Made by a program: the position numbers and the translations under genes. From Lama glama (Eukaryota), in the NCBI GenBank assembly GCA_028534125.1, contig CM052817.1, positions 5,024,001 to 5,088,000 of the forward strand: a stretch of 64,000 nucleotides of DNA, written 5' to 3'. Of the stretch, positions 63,745-64,000 are shown piece by piece. The notes beneath the pieces are model-generated. The model made no database searches and was not told the DNA's origin. It saw only the letters and a program-made list of their open reading frames with translations. Each line of letters opens with the position of its first letter. Position 1 is the stretch's first letter.

Positions 63745-63978
63745 CCGATAGAGCACTTACTGTATACCCAACACTCTTCTGAGTGCATGTACCACTCACC
63801 TCACTTAATCTTCACAGAGGGAAAAAGGAAATATAAGAAATAGATAGTATTTTTGTCCCTATGTTTAAGATGAGGAAATTAAGGCATAGGGAGATGAAAC
63901 ACCTTGTCTGAGAGTACACCGGTGAAGGTGGGACTTGAACCCAGGCAGTCTGTTTCCACATCCACATTCTGAACCACC
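63745..63978 (-). mobile_element. MIR SINE
   Basis: GAGCACTTACTGTATACC...AGATGAGGAAATTAAGGCATAGGGAG...GACTTGAACCCAGGCAGTCTG. Confidence 0.75.
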
Positions 63979-64000
63979 TCGGGCTGGGTGCTGGGCCCCC

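Noticed and set aside
1..64000. CRISPR arrays, operons, prokaryotic or viral coding inserts, processed pseudogenes
   Set aside because: I saw no repeat-spacer arrays, no long non-L1 ORFs and no foreign-composition block. A tBLASTx search would be needed to exclude highly decayed pseudogenes.

Overview
Mammalian genomic DNA, most likely a camelid (camel/alpaca/llama). The basis is two tRNA-Ala-derived SINEs and the L1 3' UTR type, with no Alu, Bov-tA or PRE-1 seen. The only protein-coding gene I can support is CYTL1 (cytokine-like 1) on the + strand: four coding exons (13137-13286, 15846-15890, 16018-16146, 17412-17495), all GT-AG phase-0 introns, 135 aa with a signal peptide and 6 Cys, and a polyA signal at 18029. 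The rest is non-coding: young and old L1 fragments (several with readable target-site duplications), solo ERV LTRs, MaLR, L2, MIR, MER DNA transposons and microsatellites. There are also several orphan CpG islands and HOX/GATA/homeodomain motif clusters in the ~46 kb gene-free stretch 3' of CYTL1, which in human and mouse leads toward MSX1 (recalled synteny, not visible here). Nearly all ORFs in the supplied track are spurious or L1 remnants. I found no convincing undescribed biological system. The best leads are candidate enhancers/promoters and unusual retrotransposition structures: an LTR nested in an L1 and pointing antisense at CYTL1, a twin-primed L1, and a double insertion with an apparent 3' transduction. 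Old-repeat family names are from memory and their boundaries are approximate.
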